From contig CAZGEP010000001.1 in NCBI GenBank assembly GCA_964524955.1, forward strand, positions 1,811 through 65,810: a stretch of 64,000 nucleotides of DNA. Direction: 5' to 3'. Shown here piece by piece: positions 56,091 to 64,000 of the stretch; within the stretch, counting starts at the first letter, position 1, and every line of letters begins with the position of its first letter. The position numbers and the translations under genes are program-made. The DNA is from an uncultured Planctomycetota bacterium. GTDB lineage: Bacteria > Planctomycetota > CAZGEP01. The notes under the pieces were generated by a model. That model was not told the origin of the DNA. It did not search any database and saw nothing but the letters and a program-made list of their open reading frames with translations.

Positions 56091-56840
56091 ATGACAATTA
56101 ACCGTAATATTTTTTCAATTGTACTGGCTTTCGGTCTGGCATGTTCTGTGTGTTTTGCGGCAGGATCGGATGAGGTTTCCGCGGGTGCTGAAACGGTTTT
56201 GGGAAAAGAAATGAAACCGGAAAAACCCGATGCGGCAGAAGAAAAAACAGACAGCCGGATTCGTGATGCAGACACAAAAAAAACAGCCTCCAGCACTCAA
56301 AAGAAAACTGCTTCAGAAGAAAAGATTGAGGATTACTATTTCACGGAAGATGAGGTTTCGCAGAAGTCCGGTTCCGATACGCAGGATAATATCGGCGGGG
56401 TCATGTTCCGCATGGTTATGTATCTCTTTGTTTTCGTTGCGCTGATTATCGGTATTCTGGTAATGCTCAAGCGGTTCAAGCCAGCCTCCCGGGCGATTTA
56501 CGGAAATCCTGCGGTGCGCGTGCTGGGCAGAACACCCCTGTGGGGCAAGAACAATATGTTTCTGGTTCGTGTGGGCACTGGACGAATTCTTCTGCTCAGT
56601 GCGACCATGGATAAGGTGGAGGTTCTGGCCGAGATTACGGACGAAAACGAGATCTCCGAACTGACGATGATGGCTGAACCGGATAAAGAAAATTCTTTTT
56701 TTGACAGGATGCTCAGTAAAGCCAGTCTTGTGTATGAGTCCGGCACTGGAAAATCAGAAAAAAAAGGGCTGGATAAAATCGACGCACAGGTGGATAAGAT
56801 GAAGGACAAGATTGAAAGGCTCCGACGTGAGAAAAGGTAA
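56091..56840 (+). CDS. fliO: Flagellar biosynthesis protein FliO (FliZ-like) with about 100-aa N-terminal extension
   Basis: TM helix MVMYLFVFVALIIGILVML, then FliO motif AIYGNPAVRVLGRTPLWGKNNMFLVRVGTGRILLLSATMDKVEVL. The N-terminus has a signal peptide and a Thr/Lys/Glu-rich region. Confidence 0.6.
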   Translation: MTINRNIFSIVLAFGLACSVCFAAGSDEVSAGAETVLGKEMKPEKPDAAEEKTDSRIRDADTKKTASSTQKKTASEEKIEDYYFTEDEVSQKSGSDTQDNIGGVMFRMVMYLFVFVALIIGILVMLKRFKPASRAIYGNPAVRVLGRTPLWGKNNMFLVRVGTGRILLLSATMDKVEVLAEITDENEISELTMMAEPDKENSFFDRMLSKASLVYESGTGKSEKKGLDKIDAQVDKMKDKIERLRREKR

Positions 56841-57576
56841 GATTCTTGTCAGTTTTTTTTTCATCATACTTTCCGGGGCATTCCTGTACGCGCAGGACGC
56901 GGTAACAATACCGAAATTCAATTTTGTCGAAAAAGCGGAAACTCCTGCGGAAATATCCACGACTCTTGAGATACTCTTTCTCTTTACTGTGCTGGCCGTG
57001 GCGCCCACGATACTGGTCATGACAACCTCTTTTGCGCGAATCGCGATTGTGCTTTCGTTTCTCCGACGGGCGCTGGCCACCCAGACCACTCCGCCGGATC
57101 ATATTCTGAACGCCATGGCCCTGCTGCTGACCTTTATGATTATGTCACCGACATGGAGCCGGGTATACAGCGAAGCCCTGGGACCGTATTTTGACAACAA
57201 GATTTCGCAGAAGGAGGCGTTTGAGAAAGGCATTCAACCGATTCGGGAATTCATGTTTCGACAGGTCCGCAAGAAAGACGTCAAACTCTTTCTGGATATA
57301 TCCAAGACAACCGGTGTGAAGAAGAAGGAGGATGTTCCGACCCTGGTGTTGATCCCGGCCTTTACGGTCAGCGAACTTTCCAAGGCGTTTATTATGGGAT
57401 TTTTGCTTTATCTTCCCTTTTTTATTATTGACATGGTCGTGGCGTCCGTGCTGATGTCCATGGGCATGATGATGCTTCCGCCGATCCTGGTTTCCCTGCC
57501 GTTCAAGATTCTGATGTTTGTACTGGTGGACGGCTGGAATCTGGTGATCGGAGAAGTGGTTCGGAGTTTTTATTAG
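56812..57576 (+). CDS. fliP: Flagellar type III export apparatus protein FliP
   Basis: FliP family blocks (TSFARIAIVLSFLRRALATQTTPP, FLLYLPFFIIDMVVASVLMSMGMMMLPP). Confidence 0.9.
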   Translation: MKGSDVRKGKILVSFFFIILSGAFLYAQDAVTIPKFNFVEKAETPAEISTTLEILFLFTVLAVAPTILVMTTSFARIAIVLSFLRRALATQTTPPDHILNAMALLLTFMIMSPTWSRVYSEALGPYFDNKISQKEAFEKGIQPIREFMFRQVRKKDVKLFLDISKTTGVKKKEDVPTLVLIPAFTVSELSKAFIMGFLLYLPFFIIDMVVASVLMSMGMMMLPPILVSLPFKILMFVLVDGWNLVIGEVVRSFY

Positions 57577-57594
57577 TACGCATAGGAGACGCAA

Positions 57595-57858
57595 ATGGAT
57601 GTAGAACTCGCGGTACAGGTAACCACACGGACGCTGATTACCGGTCTGACCATTGTCAGTCCGCTGCTACTGACCGCCTTGACTGTGGGGCTGATTGTCA
57701 GCCTGATCCAGTCGGTCACACAAATCCAGGAAATGACGCTTACGTTTATCCCCAAGATCCTGGCCGTGGTCACGGTGCTGATTCTCAGTATGCATTGGAT
57801 GGCCAATACGGTTTTGGATTATGCCAGAGGAATGTTTATGATGCTGGGCAGTATGTAG
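57595..57858 (+). CDS. fliQ: Flagellar export apparatus protein FliQ
   Basis: 87 aa, two TM segments. Conserved LLTALTVGLIVSLIQSVTQIQEMTLTFIPKI. Confidence 0.9.
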   Translation: MDVELAVQVTTRTLITGLTIVSPLLLTALTVGLIVSLIQSVTQIQEMTLTFIPKILAVVTVLILSMHWMANTVLDYARGMFMMLGSM

Positions 57859-57882
57859 CTGTGATTTGAGAGAGTATACGTA

Positions 57883-58665
57883 ATGGACCTTGTAACCTTT
57901 ACCGTAACCCAGTTTGAACTCTTTGTGCTGATTCTGGCACGATCCAGCGGTATTATGATATTTGCGCCGTTTTATTCCTCGATATCCTGGCCGTATCAGC
58001 TTAAAGCCATGTTTTCGCTGATGCTGGCAGTGATCTTTTTTCCCGTGGTGCCCAAGACCGGGGTGGTCATACCGGGAGAGCTTTCGCAGTTGATCGGCCT
58101 TTCGGCTTCGGAACTGCTCGTGGGACTGTTGATCGGGTTTACGGCACGGGTTTTCTTTACCGGCTTTCTGATGGCCGGTCAGATTATGGGACGAAGTATC
58201 GGGTTTATCATTGCCAATGTGGTGGATCCCCTGTCTGGGGACAATATCAGCATTATCGGGCAGCTGCTTTTTCTCTTTGTTGTCGTGGTTTTTCTCTTGA
58301 TGGGCGGTCATCGCTGGCTGCTTCGACTGCTGGCGTACAGTTTTCATGCCGTGCCAGTGGGTACCTGCACGTTGAGCCCGGAAGTGACCGGCGTGGTTTC
58401 CCGGGCCTTTGCCAATATTTTTACCATTGGTGTGGAGCTGGCCAGCCCGGTGCTGATTGCCACATTCGCGATCATGGTGGCGCTTGGATTTGTCGCGCGC
58501 GCGGTTCCTCAGATGAATATTTTTGCCGTTGGATTTGCGCTCAAGATCATGGTCGGGCTGGTGGTCTTTTATTTCTGTATCCCGTTTATGAAGGGGTATT
58601 TTGTGCGTGTGTTTGAACAGATGACTACGGATGTGCATACCGTACTCAAACTGCTTTCGAGTTAG
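57883..58665 (+). CDS. fliR: Flagellar export apparatus protein FliR
   Basis: 260 aa, polytopic. Position and hydropathy are typical of FliR. Confidence 0.85.
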   Translation: MDLVTFTVTQFELFVLILARSSGIMIFAPFYSSISWPYQLKAMFSLMLAVIFFPVVPKTGVVIPGELSQLIGLSASELLVGLLIGFTARVFFTGFLMAGQIMGRSIGFIIANVVDPLSGDNISIIGQLLFLFVVVVFLLMGGHRWLLRLLAYSFHAVPVGTCTLSPEVTGVVSRAFANIFTIGVELASPVLIATFAIMVALGFVARAVPQMNIFAVGFALKIMVGLVVFYFCIPFMKGYFVRVFEQMTTDVHTVLKLLSS

Positions 58666-58678
58666 GAGGTGATGGTTC

Positions 58679-59758
58679 TTGGCGGAGAATCCGGACGGTC
58701 AGGAAAAAACTGAACAACCAACCGGACGACGACTCAGGCAGGCCAGAGAAAAGGGGCAGGTCGCCAAGAGTATGGATCTGAATGCCGCGGTCCTGATTCT
58801 GGTTGGTGTCCTGCTGCTCCGTTTCGGCATCATGTCCTTTTACGAAGCCGTGAGTGTTTCCATGCGTGCGGTGATACTGAGTATGTCCGAATTTCAGGTG
58901 ACCCTGGATAATGTCCGGGCGCACCTGATCAACGGACTGCTCTTTATGGGCGGTCGAACATGGTTTTTTTTCGTCGGAATGCTGGTGGTTGCCGTGGGCA
59001 TTAATCTGATTCAGGTGGGATTTCTCTTTTCCACGGAAAAGATCAAGCCGGATTTAAACAAGTTGAATGTCATCAAAGGGATTCAGCAGTTTTTCGGTGT
59101 GGAGAAACTCAATAAATTTGCTCAGGATATTGGCAAGTCTCTGATCATCGGAATCACTTCCTTGCTGGTCATCCGGAGCGAGCTGAATCATTTTTTTCTG
59201 GGATATGAATCCGACAGCAAAGTGGTGGTACTGATGATGCTGAATATCGCATTTAAGATTGGGCTTTACACCGCGATTGTCCTGATTATACTTGCGATAT
59301 TCGATTATGTGTACCAGTACTATCACAATCTGAATTCACTGAAAATGACCAAGCAGGAGGTCAAGGACGAACTTAAGGATATTGAAGGAGACCCCAAAAT
59401 CAAGGGGCGCAGAAGACAGATTCAGCTGGAGATGGCCCGGCAGCGCATGATGAGCCAGGTGCCGGAAGCAGACGTCGTAATCACCAACCCGACGCACTTT
59501 GCCGTGGCTATCAAGTATGACAGACAAACGGATACCGCGCCCCGGGTGATTGCCAAGGGAGCTGGAATTATTGCACAGAAGATCAAGGAAATTGCCCGTC
59601 AGAACAACATTCCCCTGCACGAAGATAAACCGCTTGCCAGGGAATTGTATCGAATTGTGGATGTGGGGGAGGAAATTCCGGAAAAACTCTACAAGGTGGT
59701 AGCCGAAGTTCTGGCCTTTGTCTACAGTTTCAACCGCAAGCGTAAATATGCCATTTGA
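58679..59758 (+). CDS. flhB: Flagellar export apparatus protein FlhB
   Basis: N-term EKTEQPTGRRLRQAREKGQVAKS and the NPTH autocleavage site (VVITNPTHFAVAIKYD). Confidence 0.9.
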   Translation: MAENPDGQEKTEQPTGRRLRQAREKGQVAKSMDLNAAVLILVGVLLLRFGIMSFYEAVSVSMRAVILSMSEFQVTLDNVRAHLINGLLFMGGRTWFFFVGMLVVAVGINLIQVGFLFSTEKIKPDLNKLNVIKGIQQFFGVEKLNKFAQDIGKSLIIGITSLLVIRSELNHFFLGYESDSKVVVLMMLNIAFKIGLYTAIVLIILAIFDYVYQYYHNLNSLKMTKQEVKDELKDIEGDPKIKGRRRQIQLEMARQRMMSQVPEADVVITNPTHFAVAIKYDRQTDTAPRVIAKGAGIIAQKIKEIARQNNIPLHEDKPLARELYRIVDVGEEIPEKLYKVVAEVLAFVYSFNRKRKYAI

Positions 59759-59773
59759 ACCGGAGTCTGATCC

Positions 59774-61870
59774 ATGGCGAAATCAGCCGCGAACATTCCT
59801 CTAAATAAAGAGCAGCTCTTTGGGGTGCTGAGCTCTTCACGGGATATTATCTTTATTACGCTGGGCATCGTGATTACCATTGCCGCACTGTTTATGCCGC
59901 TGCCCACGATCTTTATTGATATCTTTCTTTCGATCAATCTGGCGTTCGGTCTGATTCTTCTCCTGACAACCATTTACCTGATCAATCCCATGGAGCTGAC
60001 CAGCTTTCCGTCTATTCTGCTGGTGGCAACCACCTACCGCCTGGCCCTGAATGTGGCTACGACCCGTCTGATTCTCTCCCAGGGGGATGCCGGAAATATG
60101 GTTGAACAGTTCGGTGATTTTGTAGCTGCGGGAAACGAAGTCGTGGGATTTGTGATCTTTCTGATTCTGATTATCATTCAGTTTATTGTGATTACCAAGG
60201 GGGCGACGCGTATTTCCGAAGTCACGGCACGGTTTACCCTGGATGCCATGCCCGGCAAGCAGATGGCCATAGATGCGGATTTGAATTCCGGCATGATTGA
60301 TGAGGCCGAAGCCCGTGAGCGGCGGGATGATCTGAGGCGGGAGACCGATTTCTACGGAGCCATGGACGGTGCCAGTAAATTCGTACGCGGTGACGCGATC
60401 GCGGGGGTTGTTATCACGGTCATTAATATCATCGGTGGGTTTGTCCGCGGAATGCTTCAGGAAAATATGGGCGTGGCGGAGTCTATGAGTAAATATACAA
60501 AGTTAACCATTGGCGACGGTTTGGTCTCTCAGATACCGGCATTCTTTATTTCGATTTCCGCAGCTATCCTGGTTACCCGCAGCGCTGCCCGGAGCAATAT
60601 GGGGGTTGAGATCATCGGCCAGATGTTCAAGGGTTCCAAGGCCATGGCCACGGCTACCTTTATTCTGGCAGGTTTGGCGCTAACACCGCTTCCTACCTTC
60701 CCGCTCATGTTGATGTCGCTGTTCAGCGGCATGGTGACCTATTATCTCTATAGAGATGAAAAACAGAAGATAGAGACCGATAAAAAACAGGTCGAGGAAA
60801 AGGAGAAGAAGGCATCCGAAGGACCGGAAAAGGTGGATTCGCTGCTCAAAGTCGACCAGATGACGCTGGAAGTCGGATACGGCTTGATTCCACTGGTTGA
60901 TCCCAGTCAGGGCGGAGATTTGCTGGAGCGGATTTCCATGCTTCGACGCCAGACGGCCGCGGATATGGGGATTGTGGTGCCGCCCATCCGGATTCTCGAC
61001 AATATGCAGCTGGAGCCAAACCAGTATGTAGTAAAAATACGAAATGTACGGATTGCCGAGGGCTCGATCATGGGAGATCGTCTGCTGGCCATGGATTCGG
61101 GAATGGTTTCCGGAAAGGTGGAGGGTATTGAGACAAAGGAGCCCGCATTTGGTCTGACCGCATACTGGATTGACGAGAAGGAAAAGGAGCGCGCGCATGC
61201 CTTCGGCTATACCGTGGTGGAACCAAGCGCGGTCATTGCCACGCACATCACCGAGGTGGTCAAAGACAATGCGTCGGAGCTGATTACCCGTGAAGAAACC
61301 AAACATCTGCTGGAAAAACTCAAGGAGAGTTCACCGGCCATTGTGGAAGAGGTGATCCCGGATATTCTGAGTACTGCAGATGTACAGAACGTGCTCAAGG
61401 CCCTGCTTCGGGAACGGATTTCCATTCGTGACCTGGAAACCATCATGGAGGTTCTGGGTGATTACGGACGGCGGACCAAGGATATCGATATTCTCTGTGA
61501 ATATGTGCGCAATGCACTCAGTCGGCAGATCTGCGAGCAGTATTGTGAAGATGATCGCGAGCTGTATGCGGTGACACTGGATCCGCAACTTGAGGATGTC
61601 CTTTCCAACGCGGTGCAGCAGACCGAAGGCGGAGCCTATCTTTCTCTGGATCCCCAGAACGTGGAACGAATTGTCAGGGCGGTTACCAATGAAGTTCAGC
61701 AGGTGGTTCAGCAGGGACATCATCCTGTGGTGCTTTGTTCCCCGCAGGTCCGTCTGCACCTGAGTCGGATTCTCAGAAACGCAGTGCCTTCGGTGGGTGT
61801 GCTGTCCTACAATGAAATTGATTCCGACATTAAGGTCCAGTCATCCGGAATCGTAAGGCTTGAGGAGTAA
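59774..61870 (+). CDS. flhA: Flagellar export apparatus protein FlhA
   Basis: 698 aa. N-terminal TM domain with the FHIPEP motifs and a C-terminal cytoplasmic domain. Confidence 0.9.
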   Translation: MAKSAANIPLNKEQLFGVLSSSRDIIFITLGIVITIAALFMPLPTIFIDIFLSINLAFGLILLLTTIYLINPMELTSFPSILLVATTYRLALNVATTRLILSQGDAGNMVEQFGDFVAAGNEVVGFVIFLILIIIQFIVITKGATRISEVTARFTLDAMPGKQMAIDADLNSGMIDEAEARERRDDLRRETDFYGAMDGASKFVRGDAIAGVVITVINIIGGFVRGMLQENMGVAESMSKYTKLTIGDGLVSQIPAFFISISAAILVTRSAARSNMGVEIIGQMFKGSKAMATATFILAGLALTPLPTFPLMLMSLFSGMVTYYLYRDEKQKIETDKKQVEEKEKKASEGPEKVDSLLKVDQMTLEVGYGLIPLVDPSQGGDLLERISMLRRQTAADMGIVVPPIRILDNMQLEPNQYVVKIRNVRIAEGSIMGDRLLAMDSGMVSGKVEGIETKEPAFGLTAYWIDEKEKERAHAFGYTVVEPSAVIATHITEVVKDNASELITREETKHLLEKLKESSPAIVEEVIPDILSTADVQNVLKALLRERISIRDLETIMEVLGDYGRRTKDIDILCEYVRNALSRQICEQYCEDDRELYAVTLDPQLEDVLSNAVQQTEGGAYLSLDPQNVERIVRAVTNEVQQVVQQGHHPVVLCSPQVRLHLSRILRNAVPSVGVLSYNEIDSDIKVQSSGIVRLEE

Positions 61871-63047
61871 AACGGTGGTTGTGAAAACCATAAAAGCAGA
61901 TGATATTAAAGAAGCTTTTCGGCGCGTTAAGGAGGAAATGGGCAGGGACGCCTATATTCTTGAGGTGCGTTCCGTTCGCAAGAACGACGGTGTTCTGGGG
62001 TTGCGGGGAAAAATGCAGGTCCAGGTAACGGTTGGTGACCAGGAAGCCGTGGCTATGCACAAGACCTCGAAAAAGGCAGCCGGAACCGGCTCAAGCCGAC
62101 TGCTGGAAAAAACCTATCAAAGCGAACTCTTCGCCCCTTCTGCTGAAAAAAGCACAAACCGAAAGGAAATCTCGGAAATCAGGGAAATGGTCGAGGAGTT
62201 GCTTCGCAGGTCCCTGCCCGATCCGATGGAGGAGATCGAAGGGCCGTGCTGTGAGTTCTACAAGATCCTGATTGAAAACGATGTTCCGGAGCGGCTGGCC
62301 AGAGGGCTGGTTATGAAAGTCCACACCGGGCTGGAACCGAAGTATCAAAATGATAGTGCCGAAGTAAAGAAACGCATTATAGCCTTTCTTCGAAAAATCG
62401 TCAAACCCTATGGACCGATTCGTTTTCGGAAATCTGGACCGACCGTTGTTATTCTGGCGGGACCCACTGGTGTGGGTAAGACCACGACGATTGCCAAACT
62501 GGCAGCCATTTACAAATTGGACAAGAACAAAAACGTGGGATTGATCACCACGGACACGTACCGGATCGCAGCTGTCAGTCACCTGCGGACCTATGCCGAA
62601 ATCATGAAGCTGCCTCTGCGGGTGGTGCAGAGCCCCGAGGAACTTAAAACGGCCCGTACATCCATGGCGGATCGGGATCTGATTCTGATTGATACGGCCG
62701 GCAGATGTCAGAAAGATATGCTCAAGATGAATGAACTCAACGCATTCCGCAGTTACGCGGATCCGGATGAGGTCCATCTGGTACTGAGCGCAGTGACCGG
62801 AGAGCGTGTGATGAAAAACGTACTCGACCGGTTTGAGGGCATTGAGCCGGACAGCATCATTCTGACCAAGGTGGACGAAGCCGTGACCTGCGGCAGTCTG
62901 TTGAGCATTATCGCACGGCTTCGCAAAGCGGTCTCCTATATTACCACGGGCCAGGACGTACCATCGGATATTGAACTGGCCCGGCCCGAGAAAATGGCGG
63001 AACTGATCATCGGGAGCACGAGGCATTATGGCACGGAAACGGTTTAA
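61860..63047 (+). CDS. flhF: Flagellar biosynthesis GTPase FlhF (SRP-type)
   Basis: G1 VVILAGPTGVGKTTTIAKLAA, G3 DTAGR, G4 TKVDE. Confidence 0.85.
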   Translation: MRSKTVVVKTIKADDIKEAFRRVKEEMGRDAYILEVRSVRKNDGVLGLRGKMQVQVTVGDQEAVAMHKTSKKAAGTGSSRLLEKTYQSELFAPSAEKSTNRKEISEIREMVEELLRRSLPDPMEEIEGPCCEFYKILIENDVPERLARGLVMKVHTGLEPKYQNDSAEVKKRIIAFLRKIVKPYGPIRFRKSGPTVVILAGPTGVGKTTTIAKLAAIYKLDKNKNVGLITTDTYRIAAVSHLRTYAEIMKLPLRVVQSPEELKTARTSMADRDLILIDTAGRCQKDMLKMNELNAFRSYADPDEVHLVLSAVTGERVMKNVLDRFEGIEPDSIILTKVDEAVTCGSLLSIIARLRKAVSYITTGQDVPSDIELARPEKMAELIIGSTRHYGTETV

Positions 63048-63944
63048 ATGAGCGACCAGGCGCAAAAACTCAGAAGCATGATGGAAGGACGCGAAACGGT
63101 TCCAGCCGTTTCCCGAACCGAATCCCGGGAGCAGAATCCAAGATGCCGGATCGTTGCCGTGACATCGGGAAAAGGCGGTGTGGGAAAAACCAACATGGTG
63201 GTTAACACCGCGATTCGTTTGAGCGGTCGCAATCGTAAGGTCCTGGTGGTGGACATGGATCTGGGGCTTGCGAATGTGGATCTGCTCTTTGACGCGGATA
63301 TTCGCTACACTCTGGCCAATGTGGTCAGCGGCGAAAAGTCCTTGAGCGATATTATTGTTCGGACGCCGGAGGGGATTGATGTCATCGGCGGGGTCTCGGG
63401 TATTGAGAGCATTGCGAATCTGGATGAGGACCGACGAACCCGGATTCTTTCCGAACTGATGAGTATTGAGTATATGTATGATTTGATTATTATTGATACG
63501 GGGGCTGGTATTTCGAACAATGTGATGAATTTTGTACGTGCGGCCGATGATATTATTATTGTAACCCTGCCGGAGCAGCCGTCGGTGCTGGATGCCTACG
63601 TCATGCTCAAACTGCTGTCCAAAACCGGGCATGCCAATGGTGTTTCGGTTGCAGTCAACATGTGTTCGGATTCCGGAGAGGGGATAATGGTGTTTGAGCG
63701 TCTTTCCGGCACGGCCCGCAAACGGCTCGGAGCGGAGATCAAGTACCTCGGCGCCATTCCCTTTGACACCAGTGTACGGGCGTCCATCCGACGGCGGAAA
63801 CCGTTTATAGTCAATCATCCGAAATCACCGGCTGCCAGAGGATTGGCGAAAATTTGTGATCATGAAATGTGGGGTGCTGCCGGTCGGTCCGGTACGCCTG
63901 CGAGAAAACGATCTTTTTTCCGAAGAATTTTTAACGCGTTCTGA
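63048..63944 (+). CDS. flhG: MinD/ParA-type ATPase FlhG (FleN/YlxH)
   Basis: Deviant Walker A VTSGKGGVGKTNMVVN. Located immediately after flhF. Confidence 0.8.
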   Translation: MSDQAQKLRSMMEGRETVPAVSRTESREQNPRCRIVAVTSGKGGVGKTNMVVNTAIRLSGRNRKVLVVDMDLGLANVDLLFDADIRYTLANVVSGEKSLSDIIVRTPEGIDVIGGVSGIESIANLDEDRRTRILSELMSIEYMYDLIIIDTGAGISNNVMNFVRAADDIIIVTLPEQPSVLDAYVMLKLLSKTGHANGVSVAVNMCSDSGEGIMVFERLSGTARKRLGAEIKYLGAIPFDTSVRASIRRRKPFIVNHPKSPAARGLAKICDHEMWGAAGRSGTPARKRSFFRRIFNAF

Positions 63945-63946
63945 TT

Positions 63947-64000
63947 ATGAAAAAACAAATCGAATACAAATTAAACGCAACCGTAACCCTGATTGCACTC
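63947..64000 (+). CDS. Start of next gene in the operon (MKKQIEYKLNATVTLIAL...), runs off window end; identity unknown
   Basis: ATG 2 nt after the flhG stop; only 18 codons are visible. Confidence 0.25.
   Translation, partial: MKKQIEYKLNATVTLIAL

Noticed and set aside
1-64000. CRISPR arrays, tRNA/rRNA genes, transposases/integrases/phage genes
   Set aside because: No regularly spaced direct repeats were found. No T-loop/acceptor-stem-like sequence lies outside coding regions (GGTTCGAA-like strings at about 5090 and about 27335 lie inside well-supported CDSs). No recombinase-like ORFs were found.

Overview
This 64 kb window is bacterial chromosome. Gene density is high, genes are organised in operons, TGA is used as a stop codon, and no rRNA, tRNA, CRISPR or recognisable mobile element is visible. 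Taxonomy is not determinable from sequence alone; the cell is Gram-negative-like (OmpA-type MotB, BamB-like PQQ propeller, FliF MS-ring).

The window falls into three parts.

(1) 1-20 kb: housekeeping and envelope genes. These are nikR, rarA, a GT4 glycosyltransferase, tilS, a double-VWA membrane protein, and two sulfatases that lack signal peptides. There is also a minus-strand operon DUF2062 -> giant coiled-coil membrane protein -> EAL-HDOD. The giant protein carries a P-loop-less adenylate-kinase-like N-domain.

(2) 20-36 kb: a compositionally heterogeneous accessory stretch. GC is higher at 20-26 kb. Intact genes here are a quinone oxidoreductase, aroG (DAHP synthase), a radical-SAM spore-photoproduct-lyase-like gene, an IclR regulator, a secreted beta-propeller glycoside-hydrolase-like protein, unknown membrane proteins, and thiC. 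thiC sits in an apparent operon with an unusual HU-like/GHKL-ATPase fusion. Several genes are decayed: a frameshifted Gfo/Idh/MocA gene, an FG-GAP gene with an in-frame TGA plus frameshifts, a split GHL10-like TIM-barrel gene, and LamG-like and amidohydrolase remnants. Many of these lesions sit at homopolymer runs, so assembly error is an alternative to real decay.

(3) 36-64 kb: a large flagellar super-locus in Bacillus/spirochete-like order. It begins with a MerR regulator, a TPR protein and a FlgN-like ORF. Next comes a cytoplasmic FlgS/FleS-like histidine kinase with an NtrC/FlgR-type sigma54 activator. The flagellar genes then run flgB-flgC-fliE-fliF-fliG-fliH-fliI-fliJ-ylxF/flbB-like-fliK-flgD-flgE-flbD-motA-motB-fliL-fliN, a 233-nt gap, then fliO-fliP-fliQ-fliR-flhB-flhA-flhF-flhG. 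Near-consensus sigma54 -24/-12 promoters sit directly upstream of flgB and of fliK.

Gene starts were chosen by homology and RBS. The supplied ORF track sometimes begins at alternative (TTG/GTG) codons upstream of the likely ATG.
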